Shown here piece after piece: positions 50,923 to 60,775 of a stretch of 64,000 bases of DNA. Position 1 is the stretch's first letter. Each line of letters opens with the position of its first letter. The DNA is taken from positions 255,580-319,579 of the forward strand of contig CAWBHS010000088.1 of NCBI GenBank assembly GCA_963788655.1, written 5' to 3'. The notes beneath the pieces were generated by a model. The model was not told where the DNA came from and made no database searches. It saw nothing but the letters and a program-made list of their open reading frames with translations. The position numbers and the translations under genes are program-made. Source of the DNA: an uncultured Verrucomicrobiae bacterium (GTDB lineage Bacteria; Verrucomicrobiota; Verrucomicrobiia; Limisphaerales; JAFGQR01).

Positions 50923-51300
50923 CTACGCCCGGGGATCCGGGCCGTAGCGGTTAGGGCCGCGCGTTCCCTCCTGCGCGAGGTAGACGATGAGGACGATCTG
51001 TCCGATCACCGGAATGAGGGTGAGCCAGAAGTACCCTCCCGACCGGTTGACGTCGTGCAGGCGACGCACGAGAACGGCGACCGAGAATACGAAAACGACG
51101 ACCGCGAAGGCGATGGTGACGTACCGGGTGAAGGACCCGTGGCCCTGTGTTCTGGCGAGGAGATCGGCGTAGTAGAGGACGCTGCTGGTGAGCGCGTACG
51201 CGAGTATGAACCACCAGTACTCGCTACGGCGTGCGCGACCGGAGAAGACGCCCACCTTGACGAAGACCGACGTAAGCGCTTGACCGAATGACATGACCAA
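50923..51300 (-). CDS. DUF805 membrane protein
   Basis: FSGRARRSEYWWF, VRRLHD, GPNRYGPDP. Confidence 0.9.
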   Translation of the reverse strand: MVMSFGQALTSVFVKVGVFSGRARRSEYWWFILAYALTSSVLYYADLLARTQGHGSFTRYVTIAFAVVVFVFSVAVLVRRLHDVNRSGGYFWLTLIPVIGQIVLIVYLAQEGTRGPNRYGPDPRA

Positions 51301-51343
51301 CCCCTCGTGGCAGGAAATGAGGCCGCTGCGCCCCGGTGACAGG

Positions 51344-52738
51344 CTAGGGGAGCGCGACGGATTCGTCGCGGCGAGCGGCGGATTCTGGGTTGCGTATCCC
51401 GACGAGCGACACCAGCCCGCCGGCCGCGAATAGCGCCACGAGCGCGGCGACCACCCGGTGGAGGCCCGGCAGGTCCAAAGCGCCGCCTGCGATCACGCCG
51501 ATCAGCGCGAGGAACACGAGTCCCGCGATGCGGGAGATCGCGTTGTTGATGGCCGAGGCGATGCCCGAGCGCGACGTGTCGACGGCGCCGAGGACCGCCT
51601 GGGTGAGCGGGGAGACGGTGAGGGAAAGGCCGACGCCCTGGAGCACGACGCCGGGGAAGATTTGCGTCCAGTAGTTCAGGTCGCTGGAGACGGTGAGGAT
51701 GATCGCGGTCCCTGCCGCGGTGACGAGCGGGCCGACGGTCATGAAAAGCCGCGGCCCCCAGGTGTGCGCCAGGGATCCGATGCGCGGGCTGAGCAGCAGC
51801 ATGATCACGACGACGGGGAGCGGCGCGAGCCCCGACGCGACGGCGCTGTAGCCCGCGCGCTCCTGGAGGTAGACGGACACCGCGAAGGAGATGCCCGCGA
51901 TCGCCGCGTACACGAAGAACGTCGCGGCGTTGCCCCACGCGAAGTTGCGAATGCGGAAGAGGCCGAGCGGCATCATCGGATGGCGGGCCCTCGCCTGGCG
52001 CACCAGGAAGGCCGCGAAGGCGACGACGGCGACGACGCCCGTGACCCAGATGGCAGGATCGGCGAGTCCGCGCGTCGGCTCCTCGATAAGCACGTACGCG
52101 ATGCCCGCGAGCGCGACGGCGCACAGCGCCGCGCCCAGGTAGTCCACGGTGGTCCCTGCGACGCGGGAGTCGCGCTGCGTGAGTCGCGCGAGCAGCCACA
52201 CCACTACGGCGACGGGGATGACGTTGATGAGGAACGCCCACCTCCAGGAGGCGTAGTCCACGGCCGCCCCGCCCAGCACGGGTCCGACGATCATGGCGGG
52301 CATGGTGGCTCCGGTCCACACGCCGATGGCCCGGGCGCGGGCGGGTCCGTCGAAGTTCGACATGATGAGCGCGAGCGACGCGGGCACGAGCAGCGCTCCC
52401 GTCGCGCCCTGAAGCAGGCGGGCGACGATGAGGAAGCCCCCGGTGGGGGCGAGGGCGACGGCGAGGCTCGTCGCGCCGAACCCGACGATGCCGATGCGCG
52501 CGATGCGGATGCGGCCGAATAGGTCCGTCAGCGAGCCGGCGACCAGGATGAACGCGCCGAGCGTGATGAGGTAGGAATCCGCGACCCACTGCTGGAGCGC
52601 GATCCCTCCGCCGAACTCCTTGAGGATGGCGGGGAGGGCCACGTTGACGACGGTGCCGTCGAGGAACGGGACGAACGACGCGATGATCGCTATGAGTAGG
52701 ACGAGTTTTTGCTCTACGGTTCGCGAGGCGGGGGCCAT
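51344..52738 (-). CDS. DHA2-type MFS transporter
   Basis: LDGTVVNVALP, GSLTDLFGR, WRWAFLINV. Confidence 0.9.
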   Translation of the reverse strand: MAPASRTVEQKLVLLIAIIASFVPFLDGTVVNVALPAILKEFGGGIALQQWVADSYLITLGAFILVAGSLTDLFGRIRIARIGIVGFGATSLAVALAPTGGFLIVARLLQGATGALLVPASLALIMSNFDGPARARAIGVWTGATMPAMIVGPVLGGAAVDYASWRWAFLINVIPVAVVVWLLARLTQRDSRVAGTTVDYLGAALCAVALAGIAYVLIEEPTRGLADPAIWVTGVVAVVAFAAFLVRQARARHPMMPLGLFRIRNFAWGNAATFFVYAAIAGISFAVSVYLQERAGYSAVASGLAPLPVVVIMLLLSPRIGSLAHTWGPRLFMTVGPLVTAAGTAIILTVSSDLNYWTQIFPGVVLQGVGLSLTVSPLTQAVLGAVDTSRSGIASAINNAISRIAGLVFLALIGVIAGGALDLPGLHRVVAALVALFAAGGLVSLVGIRNPESAARRDESVALP

Positions 52739-53556
52739 GGGGCCACGCTAGCGGCTACTCCGGACGGGTCTCCCGACCCCTCGGTTTCGACGTTCGTGAT
52801 GTCGTAGCTCTGCCCGCCGTCGACATACCCGTAGCAGTAGTCGATCGAGACCCGCACCGGCACTCCCGTGTCGGGGTCGAGGACGATGTACGAGCACGTG
52901 CGATCTTCCCTGATCGCGGCGTTGTAGTCCGCGACCACGTCCGCGAGGGTGAACGGACGGTCGTACCGCGGCCACTGCACGGCGACGACCTCGTGGTCGC
53001 GCACGGTTACCGTCAACTGAGTCTGCAACCGGCCAGCCTGCAGATGGTACGTATACGTGTAGTCGGCGGGTTCCTCCCACGTGGCGGGGATGAGGTCTGA
53101 CGAACGGACGTGGGGGCCGTCGGGCGTCGCGAGAGGCTTGCCGTTGAAACTCACGATGGTGAAATCCTGGCCGCCATCCACGACGGACGAGCAGAAGTCG
53201 ATATCGACGATCGTCGGGACGCCCGTCGCGGGATCGAGCGCGAGGTACGAGCAGGCAGGGTCCTTGGCTTCGGTCTGGTTGTACCGGCTGAGGATCTCCG
53301 CAAGCGTCTGGCCGGACTCGAGCGACTCCGGGGACCAGTAGCCGACGTACCAGTCGTGAGTACCGACGACCGCGACCTGGTGATCGATGACGACGATGCG
53401 GACCGTGTCCCCGTGATCGCCCCACTGGTAGGTGGCCTCGAACGTGTAGTTGGCGGGCTCGTCCCAGTGGATCGGTTGGGGGCCGTAGTCGCTCGCGGTG
53501 AGCGGCAGCACGGCGACAACCCCCGCGATGGTCGCCGCCTTCGCCGCCACTTTCAT
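52714..53556 (-). CDS. Secreted protein with two DUF6174-like repeats
   Basis: Signal peptide; duplicated WxEPAxYT...TLA...CSY..LDPxTGVP..IDxC...DGGQ. Confidence 0.6.
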   Translation of the reverse strand: MKVAAKAATIAGVVAVLPLTASDYGPQPIHWDEPANYTFEATYQWGDHGDTVRIVVIDHQVAVVGTHDWYVGYWSPESLESGQTLAEILSRYNQTEAKDPACSYLALDPATGVPTIVDIDFCSSVVDGGQDFTIVSFNGKPLATPDGPHVRSSDLIPATWEEPADYTYTYHLQAGRLQTQLTVTVRDHEVVAVQWPRYDRPFTLADVVADYNAAIREDRTCSYIVLDPDTGVPVRVSIDYCYGYVDGGQSYDITNVETEGSGDPSGVAASVAPWPPPREP

Positions 53557-53692
53557 GGTCGCCTCCTGCGTTCGACGCTACTGGAGTCGGCGCGCGAATG
53601 CGGCGCCGAATCGTGTCGGAAAATCGTTAAGGCGCCGCCGGTTGGACTTCGCTACTCTTTCCCCATCATTCACGCCTTTGGAGGGAGTCGCT

Positions 53693-55552
53693 GTGAAAAG
53701 ACCGTCGTGGGTTCTGAGGTTCCGGTATTGGTTCGACAACGTCATGAGCAAGGGCGTGGCGTCCATGCTCTGGTTCCTCGCGTTCTTCACGACGGGCTTC
53801 ATTCTCCTCAACGCGGCGATCGTCTTCTTCCTCAACGAGGGCGACGGCGGGGAGCGCACGAGCGTCGCCGAAACCCTCTGGCAGACGTTCGTCCAAACCA
53901 TGAGCGCGAACGACGTTGTCGCCGGCTCGCATTGGACGTTTCGCATCGTCATGCTGTTCGTCACCGTCATCGGTGTACTGATTGTCGCCAACCTCATCGG
54001 CATCGTGAACGGGGCGTTCGACGCGAAGCTCGGCGAGCTGCGCAAGGGCCGCACCCCCGTCATCGAGACCGGCCACACCCTCATCGTCGGCTGGAACCCC
54101 AAGATCATCGCGATCCTCGAGAGCCTGACCGAGGCCAACGCGTCGGACCGAAAGTCGCGCATCGTCATCCTTGCCGACAGGGACAAGGAGGAGATGGACG
54201 ACGAGATTCGCGAGAAGGTTGCCGGGGCGCGTCGCGCGCGGATCATCACGCGTAGCGGCGATCCGCTCGACCAGGACGACCTGCTGATTGGCCGCCCGTA
54301 CGAGGCGAAGAGCATCATCATCCTCGCCGCCGAGCAGTACCCGGACTCGGACGCGCGCGTGATGAAGGTCGCGCTGGCTCTGACGCGCCACCCGCTGCGT
54401 CCGGACAAGCCGATCCACATCACCGGGCAGATTCGCAACTCCCGCAACCTTGACGTCGCGCAGCTGGCGGGCGACAAGGATGCGCGGTGGATCCTCGGCT
54501 CGGAGAAGGTGGGGCAGATCACGGCGCAGACGGCGCGTCAGCCGGGGCTCAGCGCGGTGTACTCGGAGATGCTGAGCTTCGGCGGTTCGGAGATGTACTT
54601 CATCGACGAGCCCTCGCTGGTGGGGTCCACCTACTTCGACGCGCAGCTCGCGTACCCGACGACGGCCGTCATTGGCCTCGAGGGTGAGGACGGGCCGGTT
54701 CTCAACCCGCCGACCGACGCCGTGATTGGCGAGGGCGTGAAGCTCATCGTCCTTGCGGAGGACGATTCGCTCGTGAGCGTCGGCGCGCCGGGCGTGCCGG
54801 ATACGGCGGCGTTGTCGCGCGCCACCAAGGTCGTGAAGAAGCCGGAACGGACCCTCATCATCGGCGCCAACTCGTCCATCTCCTACGTGCTACGCGAGCT
54901 GGACGCCTACGCGGCCAAGGGCTCGACCCTCACCATCGCGTCGGACTTCCCCGTGAAGGGCGTCGGCACGTATCGAAACCTCGCCGTGACGACGATCAGC
55001 GCGGACGCGACGGACCGGGCGACGCTCGAGGGGCTGAAGCCCGCCGCGTACGACCACGTGATCGTGATGGCGTACTCGGACGATCTCAATGCGCGGCAGG
55101 CGGACACGCGCACGCTCGTCACCCTGCTGCACCTGCGGGACATGATGACGCGCGACGGCGTGGAGTTCAACGTGGTGTCCGAGATGCTGGAGGAGAAGAC
55201 GCGCAGGCTCGCGGAGGTCACGAAGATCGACGACTTCATCGTGAGCGACCTGCTGGTCAGCCTGATGCTCGCGCAGGTGTCGCAGCACCCCGCGCTCGAG
55301 GACGTGTTCGGCACGCTGTTCGCGTCGGAGGGTGCGGAGGTGTACCTCAGGCCGGCCTCCGCGTACGTGAAGGCGGGCGTCGAGGTGGACTTCTACACGG
55401 TGCTCGCCGGGGCGCGGGCGCGCGGCGAGACCGCGTTCGGGTACCTGCGGCACGTTCCGGGGGGTGACCCGCTGGTGGTACTCAACCCGGTGAAGAGCGA
55501 GCGCGTGACGTTCGAGGCGAAGGATCGCGTGGTGGTGATCGCCGAGGACTAG
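53693..55552 (+). CDS. CASTOR/POLLUX (DMI1)-like cation channel with RCK domains
   Basis: RFRYWFDNVMSKG, TM-pore-TM, LRKGRTPVIETGHTLIVGWN, QTARQPGLS, ADTRTLVTLLHLRD, EVYLRPA. Confidence 0.85.
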   Translation: MKRPSWVLRFRYWFDNVMSKGVASMLWFLAFFTTGFILLNAAIVFFLNEGDGGERTSVAETLWQTFVQTMSANDVVAGSHWTFRIVMLFVTVIGVLIVANLIGIVNGAFDAKLGELRKGRTPVIETGHTLIVGWNPKIIAILESLTEANASDRKSRIVILADRDKEEMDDEIREKVAGARRARIITRSGDPLDQDDLLIGRPYEAKSIIILAAEQYPDSDARVMKVALALTRHPLRPDKPIHITGQIRNSRNLDVAQLAGDKDARWILGSEKVGQITAQTARQPGLSAVYSEMLSFGGSEMYFIDEPSLVGSTYFDAQLAYPTTAVIGLEGEDGPVLNPPTDAVIGEGVKLIVLAEDDSLVSVGAPGVPDTAALSRATKVVKKPERTLIIGANSSISYVLRELDAYAAKGSTLTIASDFPVKGVGTYRNLAVTTISADATDRATLEGLKPAAYDHVIVMAYSDDLNARQADTRTLVTLLHLRDMMTRDGVEFNVVSEMLEEKTRRLAEVTKIDDFIVSDLLVSLMLAQVSQHPALEDVFGTLFASEGAEVYLRPASAYVKAGVEVDFYTVLAGARARGETAFGYLRHVPGGDPLVVLNPVKSERVTFEAKDRVVVIAED

Positions 55553-55599
55553 CGGCGCTTGCGCTCGCGTTCGCGAGGGCATCGGGCCATGCTGGAGGA

Positions 55600-56097
55600 G
55601 TGAAGACTTCGCTATCGTCCGCATCCCGCGTGGCCGCCAGCGCTGCGGCCGCGCTCCTCGCGCTCGCGTCGCTCGCCGGTTGCTCGGCGCCGCCCGCTCA
55701 CGTCACCGTGACGGTCGCCGCCCCGGAACCGACGCCCGCACCGTCCGACGCGCCCACGGGCGGGTCCACCGACCCGGCCAATCCGACCAATCCCGCCAAC
55801 CCCGTGCCCGACGACGGCTCGCCGAGCATCGTCGTCACGCAAGGCCCCATCGCGCCGGAGTGCACCCACTCGGTGTGCCACGTGGTGCACGTGACGTGGA
55901 CCAACTTTGACCCGGGTCCGCACGACACGCAGTGCGTGACGGACCACGGCGACATTGCCACGTGGTCCCAGAGCACCTACAACTTCCCGACGGCCGACGG
56001 CGAGAGGGACCTGGGGTGCTTCCTGGGCTATCCGGGTTCGCACGTGTGGGTAGTGATTGACGGCACGCTGGAGTCGGAGCACGCCGACTGGCCGTAG
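55600..56097 (+). CDS. Lipoprotein with Pro-rich linker and 4-Cys domain
   Basis: GGAGGA RBS; lipobox LAGC; PANPTNPANP linker. Confidence 0.65.
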   Translation: MKTSLSSASRVAASAAAALLALASLAGCSAPPAHVTVTVAAPEPTPAPSDAPTGGSTDPANPTNPANPVPDDGSPSIVVTQGPIAPECTHSVCHVVHVTWTNFDPGPHDTQCVTDHGDIATWSQSTYNFPTADGERDLGCFLGYPGSHVWVVIDGTLESEHADWP

Positions 56098-56118
56098 ACG
56101 CGCCCTAGACGCGCGTCC

Positions 56119-56493
56119 CTAGGCGGTGTTGGGAGCCTTGCCGTGCACCCTGTCCTTGGGGAAACGGGCGATGGTCGCGGTGAAGTTGGTGTTGACCGCG
56201 TGCGGCAGGTCAATCCCGAGCACGTCCGCGAGGCGCACCAGGTAGACGAGCACGTCGGCGATCTCCTCGCCCGCGCGGAGCTGCCGCTCGCCGTGCGAGA
56301 ACGACTCCGTCGCCTCGGCCTCGGGGATCCACCGGAAGAGCTCCGCGAGCTGGCCGGCCTCGCCGGCGACGGCGAGCGCGAGCGACTTGGGGTCGTGGAA
56401 CTTCGCCCAGTCTCGTTCCTCGCTGAAGGTGCGGACAGCGTCGGCGAGGTGCGATAACTCGCCCGGGAGCATGAAGGTATGGGGATCGGTCAT
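56119..56493 (-). CDS. MazG-like nucleotide pyrophosphohydrolase (DCTPP1-like)
   Basis: FSEERDWAKFHDPKSLA, EEIADVLVYL. Confidence 0.88.
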   Translation of the reverse strand: MTDPHTFMLPGELSHLADAVRTFSEERDWAKFHDPKSLALAVAGEAGQLAELFRWIPEAEATESFSHGERQLRAGEEIADVLVYLVRLADVLGIDLPHAVNTNFTATIARFPKDRVHGKAPNTA

Positions 56494-56671
56494 GGCAATA
56501 CTCTGGCACGGCGCGTGGCGGGTGACTATCCGTTCGGGTCGAACGCGAGGGTACGTCCGTCCGTGACTTCACTTCACCGCGTGACCCGCCCCGTTCGAAA
56601 GGACGCGTCATCCCTCCGCCGATTATCGCAAGCGTTGTGTTTACCAGCGTCAGTTACGAGCCGGGGTCCTG

Positions 56672-57418
56672 CTAGGGCTCTTCCCGGCGCCACGGGTCGT
56701 GCCACCGGGCGGCGATGGCCTCGTGGCGCCTGTCCTCGGCGCGGCGGCTGAGGACGACGGCAGGCACGAGCGTGGCGAGCAGGGTCGCTCCTGTGGCGAC
56801 GCCCACGATCCACGAGTGGGGCGCCGTCCACCCGGTGACGAGTGCCACGGTCATCGCGATGGTGGCCGAGACGCCGGCCCCGAGCCAGGTGCGCCACGTG
56901 TCGGATCGGGGTCGAAGCGGGGCGGCGGCCCGTGCGGCCAAAGATAGGAGGCTTCCGGGCAGGACCAGGACGATGACGATGAAGGTGACGGCGACGGGGA
57001 CCACCTCGAGGATCGTGCCGTCCATCGGAGGGTTGACGGCGATTTCACGTTTGTAGTCGACGTACTGCACCAGGCTGACGCTGAGGTAGCCGAACGCGGC
57101 GAGGCCCATCGCGAGGAGGATTCCGGAGGCGGCCCAGCGCAGTGTCGCGCGTGCCTGGCCGCGCGGCCCGGTCGGTTCGTCCGCCCGCGTGAGCGATCCG
57201 AACAGGGCTACCTCGAAGGCGATCCACCACGCGGCGACGGCGAAGGCCGTTCCCACGGCTATAGCGCTATACGGGGGCTCGGGAGGGTACGGTTCGGCCG
57301 GGGCCGACGGTGCCGCGCCCGAGGCGACGGAGGCGGCGAGCACGATCGCGACGGCGCCGAGCAGGCGTGCGAAGCCCTTACGGCGCTCCGTTCGCCCGAT
57401 TCGTGGTGCTCGCCCCAT
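56672..57418 (-). CDS. Hypothetical multi-pass membrane protein
   Basis: CAGGAGG RBS; about 6 hydrophobic segments. Confidence 0.6.
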   Translation of the reverse strand: MGRAPRIGRTERRKGFARLLGAVAIVLAASVASGAAPSAPAEPYPPEPPYSAIAVGTAFAVAAWWIAFEVALFGSLTRADEPTGPRGQARATLRWAASGILLAMGLAAFGYLSVSLVQYVDYKREIAVNPPMDGTILEVVPVAVTFIVIVLVLPGSLLSLAARAAAPLRPRSDTWRTWLGAGVSATIAMTVALVTGWTAPHSWIVGVATGATLLATLVPAVVLSRRAEDRRHEAIAARWHDPWRREEP

Positions 57419-57570
57419 CGCGGCCTCCTGGCCCGATACTAGCGACGGTGCGGTGGCCGCGCTCGGTGGGTTGCCGGATCGTGATCGCGGCGAGACGCGA
57501 CGGTGATCTCCTCGCCGCCGAGGCGCCGGCCGTGGGTAGTGTCGTAGGTAGCGACCCGACAGGAGAGCCC

Positions 57571-58700
57571 ATGACCACCCAGCCCACCCCAGCGTCGTCC
57601 GACGGCAAGCAGGTGGCCGACCTTGTGGTGGGCAAGGCGCGGGAGGCCGCCACGTCCGCCGACTTTCAGGCGAGGGTCTATCAGGCCATCTCGGTGCAGC
57701 GGCCGGTGGTGCTGGAGTTCCTGAAGTCGCTTCGCCGGGACAAGCCGGACGCCACGCGCCGCGGAGATCCTCAAGGAGCTCGACAAGCGCTACGTCGCCG
57801 CCGTGACCATGACGAGCGCCGGGGTCGGCGCGTCGGCCGCCATCCCCGTCGTCGGCACGGGAATTGCCCTCACCCTCGGCGTGACGGACCTGCTGTTCTT
57901 CTACGAGATCAGCGCCCTCTACGTGCTCGCCGCGACCGAGCTCCACGGGATCGAGGTGCACGACGCCGAGCGGGCCCGGCCCCTGGTCTTCGGGATGCTG
58001 CTCGGCGAGAAGTCCCAGAGCAAGGTGGCGAAGGCCGTGCTCCAGGCCGCGGGGGCGGGAAGCGTCACACGTGCGCGCAAGGCCGCCGACGTCGTCGCGG
58101 GGAAGGCGCTCCCGAAGGGCTGGGGAGAGGTGCTCACCCAGCAGCTTCCGGACTCGGCGCTCGCGCCCGTGGCGACGGTGATCGCGAAGCAGGCGCTGAA
58201 GCAGAGCGCGAAGTTCGGGGCCGGGACGCTCGGCAAGGTCATCCCGTTCGGCATCGGCGCCGTGGTGGGCGGGGTCGGGAGCTTCTCGTTCGGGCGCTCG
58301 GTGGTCAAGTCCGCGCGCCTCGCCTTCCCCGTGGCGCCGACCGCGTTCCCGGAGGCGCTCCAGGACTTCTCCAAGCCGGACCTCTCTGTCGTTGTCGCAG
58401 TCGCGCGCCGTGAAGGCGATGCAGGCGGCGGCGTCCACTGTGGCGGGCTTTGGCGAGGCCGTCTGGGACAAGGCGATCGACGTCGTGGGGCTGTTCCGCG
58501 CGGGCGAGGCGGACGCCGACGGCGTGCGCATCGAGGCGCGGGCTCTCACCGCGGCGAAGACCGCGGGGGCGGCGGGGAAGCGGGCCGGATCTGCGGTGAA
58601 GGGGGCTGCGGTTGGGGGTGCCGGTGCGGTCGGGGAGCGTGTGAAGCGCGTGCGCGACGCGAGGGCTGCGAAGAAGGCGAAGGGCGAGTCTCCGGACTGA
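57571..58700 (+). CDS. Conserved actinobacterial protein (EcsC-like), frameshifts near 57755 and 58390
   Basis: AGGAGAG RBS; SAGVGASAAIPVVGT, ELHGI, GKVIPFGIGAVVGG spread over three frames. Confidence 0.6.
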
Positions 58701-58812
58701 CGACCCCAGCTCGATCGCCCGGGCCGCAGGGAGAGTCACGCCTCGGCGTCGTCCCCCGCGACCGCAAGCCGCTCGACTCGCCTTTGTTTCGTCGATAGGG
58801 CAGGGTTGTCGC

Positions 58813-59511
58813 ATGAGACGTCGGGTCAGATTTGCGTGGCGGGCGTTCCTTGGCATCGGAGTAGCGGCGGCCCTCGTGGGCTGCGGAGGAGGCGCACCTG
58901 TGGATTCGCGCGACGCTTCGGATAGCCCGGCGCCAGCGGAGGACGCGTTCGACCAGGACGTCCGCGCGCTGCTCATCGCGGGCTCGCTGACGGGCTCCGG
59001 CGCGGACGCGGAGCTCACGCTAGGACCCGTCTACGTCATCACGGCGTACCCCTTGCCCTGGCCCCCGGGGGACGACGCGATCGTGGTCTGGGATGGCGAC
59101 GCGAAGGTGACGGAGTTTCCGCTCACCTTGGATGAAACGATCGCGGTGTGGGTCCCTATCGGCGACGCGAACTACACACGAATCGACGTGCTCCGGGGCG
59201 GAACCGTGATCAAGACCCTCGAGGCGTCTGCCCATGTGCCGACCGTCGACAACCTGTCCGCGACGCGCGAGGCGAACGGTGACTACGTGGTGTCATGGAA
59301 CGCCGTCGACCTAGACGGTGACCCGCTCACCGCCGTCGTTCAGGTCGCCTATCGCGATGACCCTCCGGACTGGGACACCGTGGCGGAAGGGGTCACGGGC
59401 AATACGGTGACGATTCCCGCGGGTTGGGTGATGGAGGGCGCGGGGGAGATCTGGAGGGTGTTCGTCTCGGACGGGGTGCTCTCCGCGAAGGCGCAGCTCG
59501 GGGATTTCTAG
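58813..59511 (+). CDS. Lipoprotein with C-terminal Fn3/Ig-like domain
   Basis: Lipobox LVGC; VSWNAVDLDGDPL, WRVFVSDG. Confidence 0.6.
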   Translation: MRRRVRFAWRAFLGIGVAAALVGCGGGAPVDSRDASDSPAPAEDAFDQDVRALLIAGSLTGSGADAELTLGPVYVITAYPLPWPPGDDAIVVWDGDAKVTEFPLTLDETIAVWVPIGDANYTRIDVLRGGTVIKTLEASAHVPTVDNLSATREANGDYVVSWNAVDLDGDPLTAVVQVAYRDDPPDWDTVAEGVTGNTVTIPAGWVMEGAGEIWRVFVSDGVLSAKAQLGDF

Positions 59512-59613
59512 GCGCGCCGGAGTTGGTGTTAGATCGCGCCGGAAATCCCGTCGCAGCCGTCGCGCGCCCGCTAGGCGATCGGTGTCGCGGTTTGGTTGCG
59601 GGACGCGTAGTTC

Positions 59614-59931
59614 TTAGGCGAGGAAGTCGGTGTGCTCGATCTTCCACTTAACGATTCGGGGCGCAACCCAGAACGAGTAGATGCCCACCGTAATGATTAT
59701 CAAGAGGAACCACTTGATCCACAGCCCGAACAGCCCGATGCCTGTTCCCGTGAAGACCAGCTGCTGGCCGTCGATGTAGGTGTGCTTCGCGCGCCAACGC
59801 TCCATAAGGACGAGGGCATACGGGTAGCAGATGCCCAGTGTGAAAATGATGATGAGTGACGCGAGGATTCTGGTGCCGAGGTAGGTGCCGGCGCCGCCGT
59901 CAAACTGGAACCGTTGAGAATTCTTCGCCAT
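59614..59931 (-). CDS. Short DUF898/YjgN-like membrane protein
   Basis: FQFDG, TLGICYP, HTYIDG..LVFTG, IITVGIYSFW; AGGAG RBS. Confidence 0.8.
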   Translation of the reverse strand: MAKNSQRFQFDGGAGTYLGTRILASLIIIFTLGICYPYALVLMERWRAKHTYIDGQQLVFTGTGIGLFGLWIKWFLLIIITVGIYSFWVAPRIVKWKIEHTDFLA

Positions 59932-59984
59932 GGGGGTCTTTCTCCTGTCTTTGCGGGCATCGAAGGCGTCCGTGGCTCCTCAAC

Positions 59985-60548
59985 CTAGCGTTCTGGGGGT
60001 CGCGGTGGGCGGTGCGCGACGCCCCGACGTTCGCCCCCTCGCCCCCGTCCGGCAGCGACCCCGCCTCGCCTCGAGCAAAACGCCCCGCCGTCCACGCCAG
60101 GGCCGCCGCGTCGTAGACGGAGCGCGACCGTGCCCACCGCGTCGTGCGCCGAGCGCGGGATCGCGATGCCCGCCGTCGCGAGAGCCGGCGCGATGACCCG
60201 CTGGTCAAGCGCGACGGAGTTGTCGTCGCGCTCGAACACGAGCCTCGTCACGTCGGCTTCCACGGCCCACCGGACGAGCGCCTCCACGGCGGAACTTCGG
60301 GCGTCGACGATGCGTCGAACGTCGCTTGCTTCGATGAGCACGCACGGCAAGCGGAGCTCGGCGATCGCATCAAGGATGTGGCGGCGCCGCGCGTCGTTCT
60401 CCTTCACGAAGTGGACGCGTCGAGCGCCTCGCGGCAGTTGCGCTCGCATGGTCGCCCGGGCTTTCCCGACCTCGCTGGTGCCGACGACGACGCCGACGAG
60501 CAGAAAACCGCGCGCGAGGTTCTCGTCGATGAAGACAGTTGCGGGCAC
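59985..60548 (-). pseudogene. DUF3800-like (RNase H fold) gene, C-terminally truncated and fused to a DUF429 remnant
   Basis: VFIDEN, RVHFVKE, RLVFERD motifs; from ~60182 the sequence becomes a copy of the DUF429 3' end. Confidence 0.6.
60038..60182 (-). repeat. Diverged duplicate of DUF429 3' end (matches ~60815-60964)
   Basis: AGIAIPRSA..AV/YDAAALAWTAGRFARGEA vs AGIEIPRSA..AV..YDAAAMAWTARRFARGEA; 5-bp deletion in the copy. Confidence 0.8.
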
Positions 60549-60671
60549 GGTGCCACGGTGACAGGCGGAGACGAGGTGCGCTGCATGGCTCGCGAACCTG
60601 TGGAGAGGCATGTGTCTCCACAGGCGTAAATCGCCGTTGACGCTCCCAGCGCTTCGGTGTGACACTTGGAG

Positions 60672-60745
60672 TGCGGCGTGCAATAGCGCGCCGAAGTGAG
60701 CCTGGCTGGCGTCCGGACGGACGACTTGCCAGGCTTCGCGCTTTC
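60672..60745 (-). ncRNA. Candidate structured RNA (DUF3800-associated-motif-like)
   Basis: AAAGCGCGAAGCCTGGC-(..CCGTCCGGA..)-GCCAGGCTCACTT then hairpin CGGCGCGC-TATT-GCACGCCG; upstream of DUF3800-like gene. Confidence 0.6.
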
Positions 60746-60775
60746 TTGGGTGGAGACGGGAAGCACAGACGCCCG

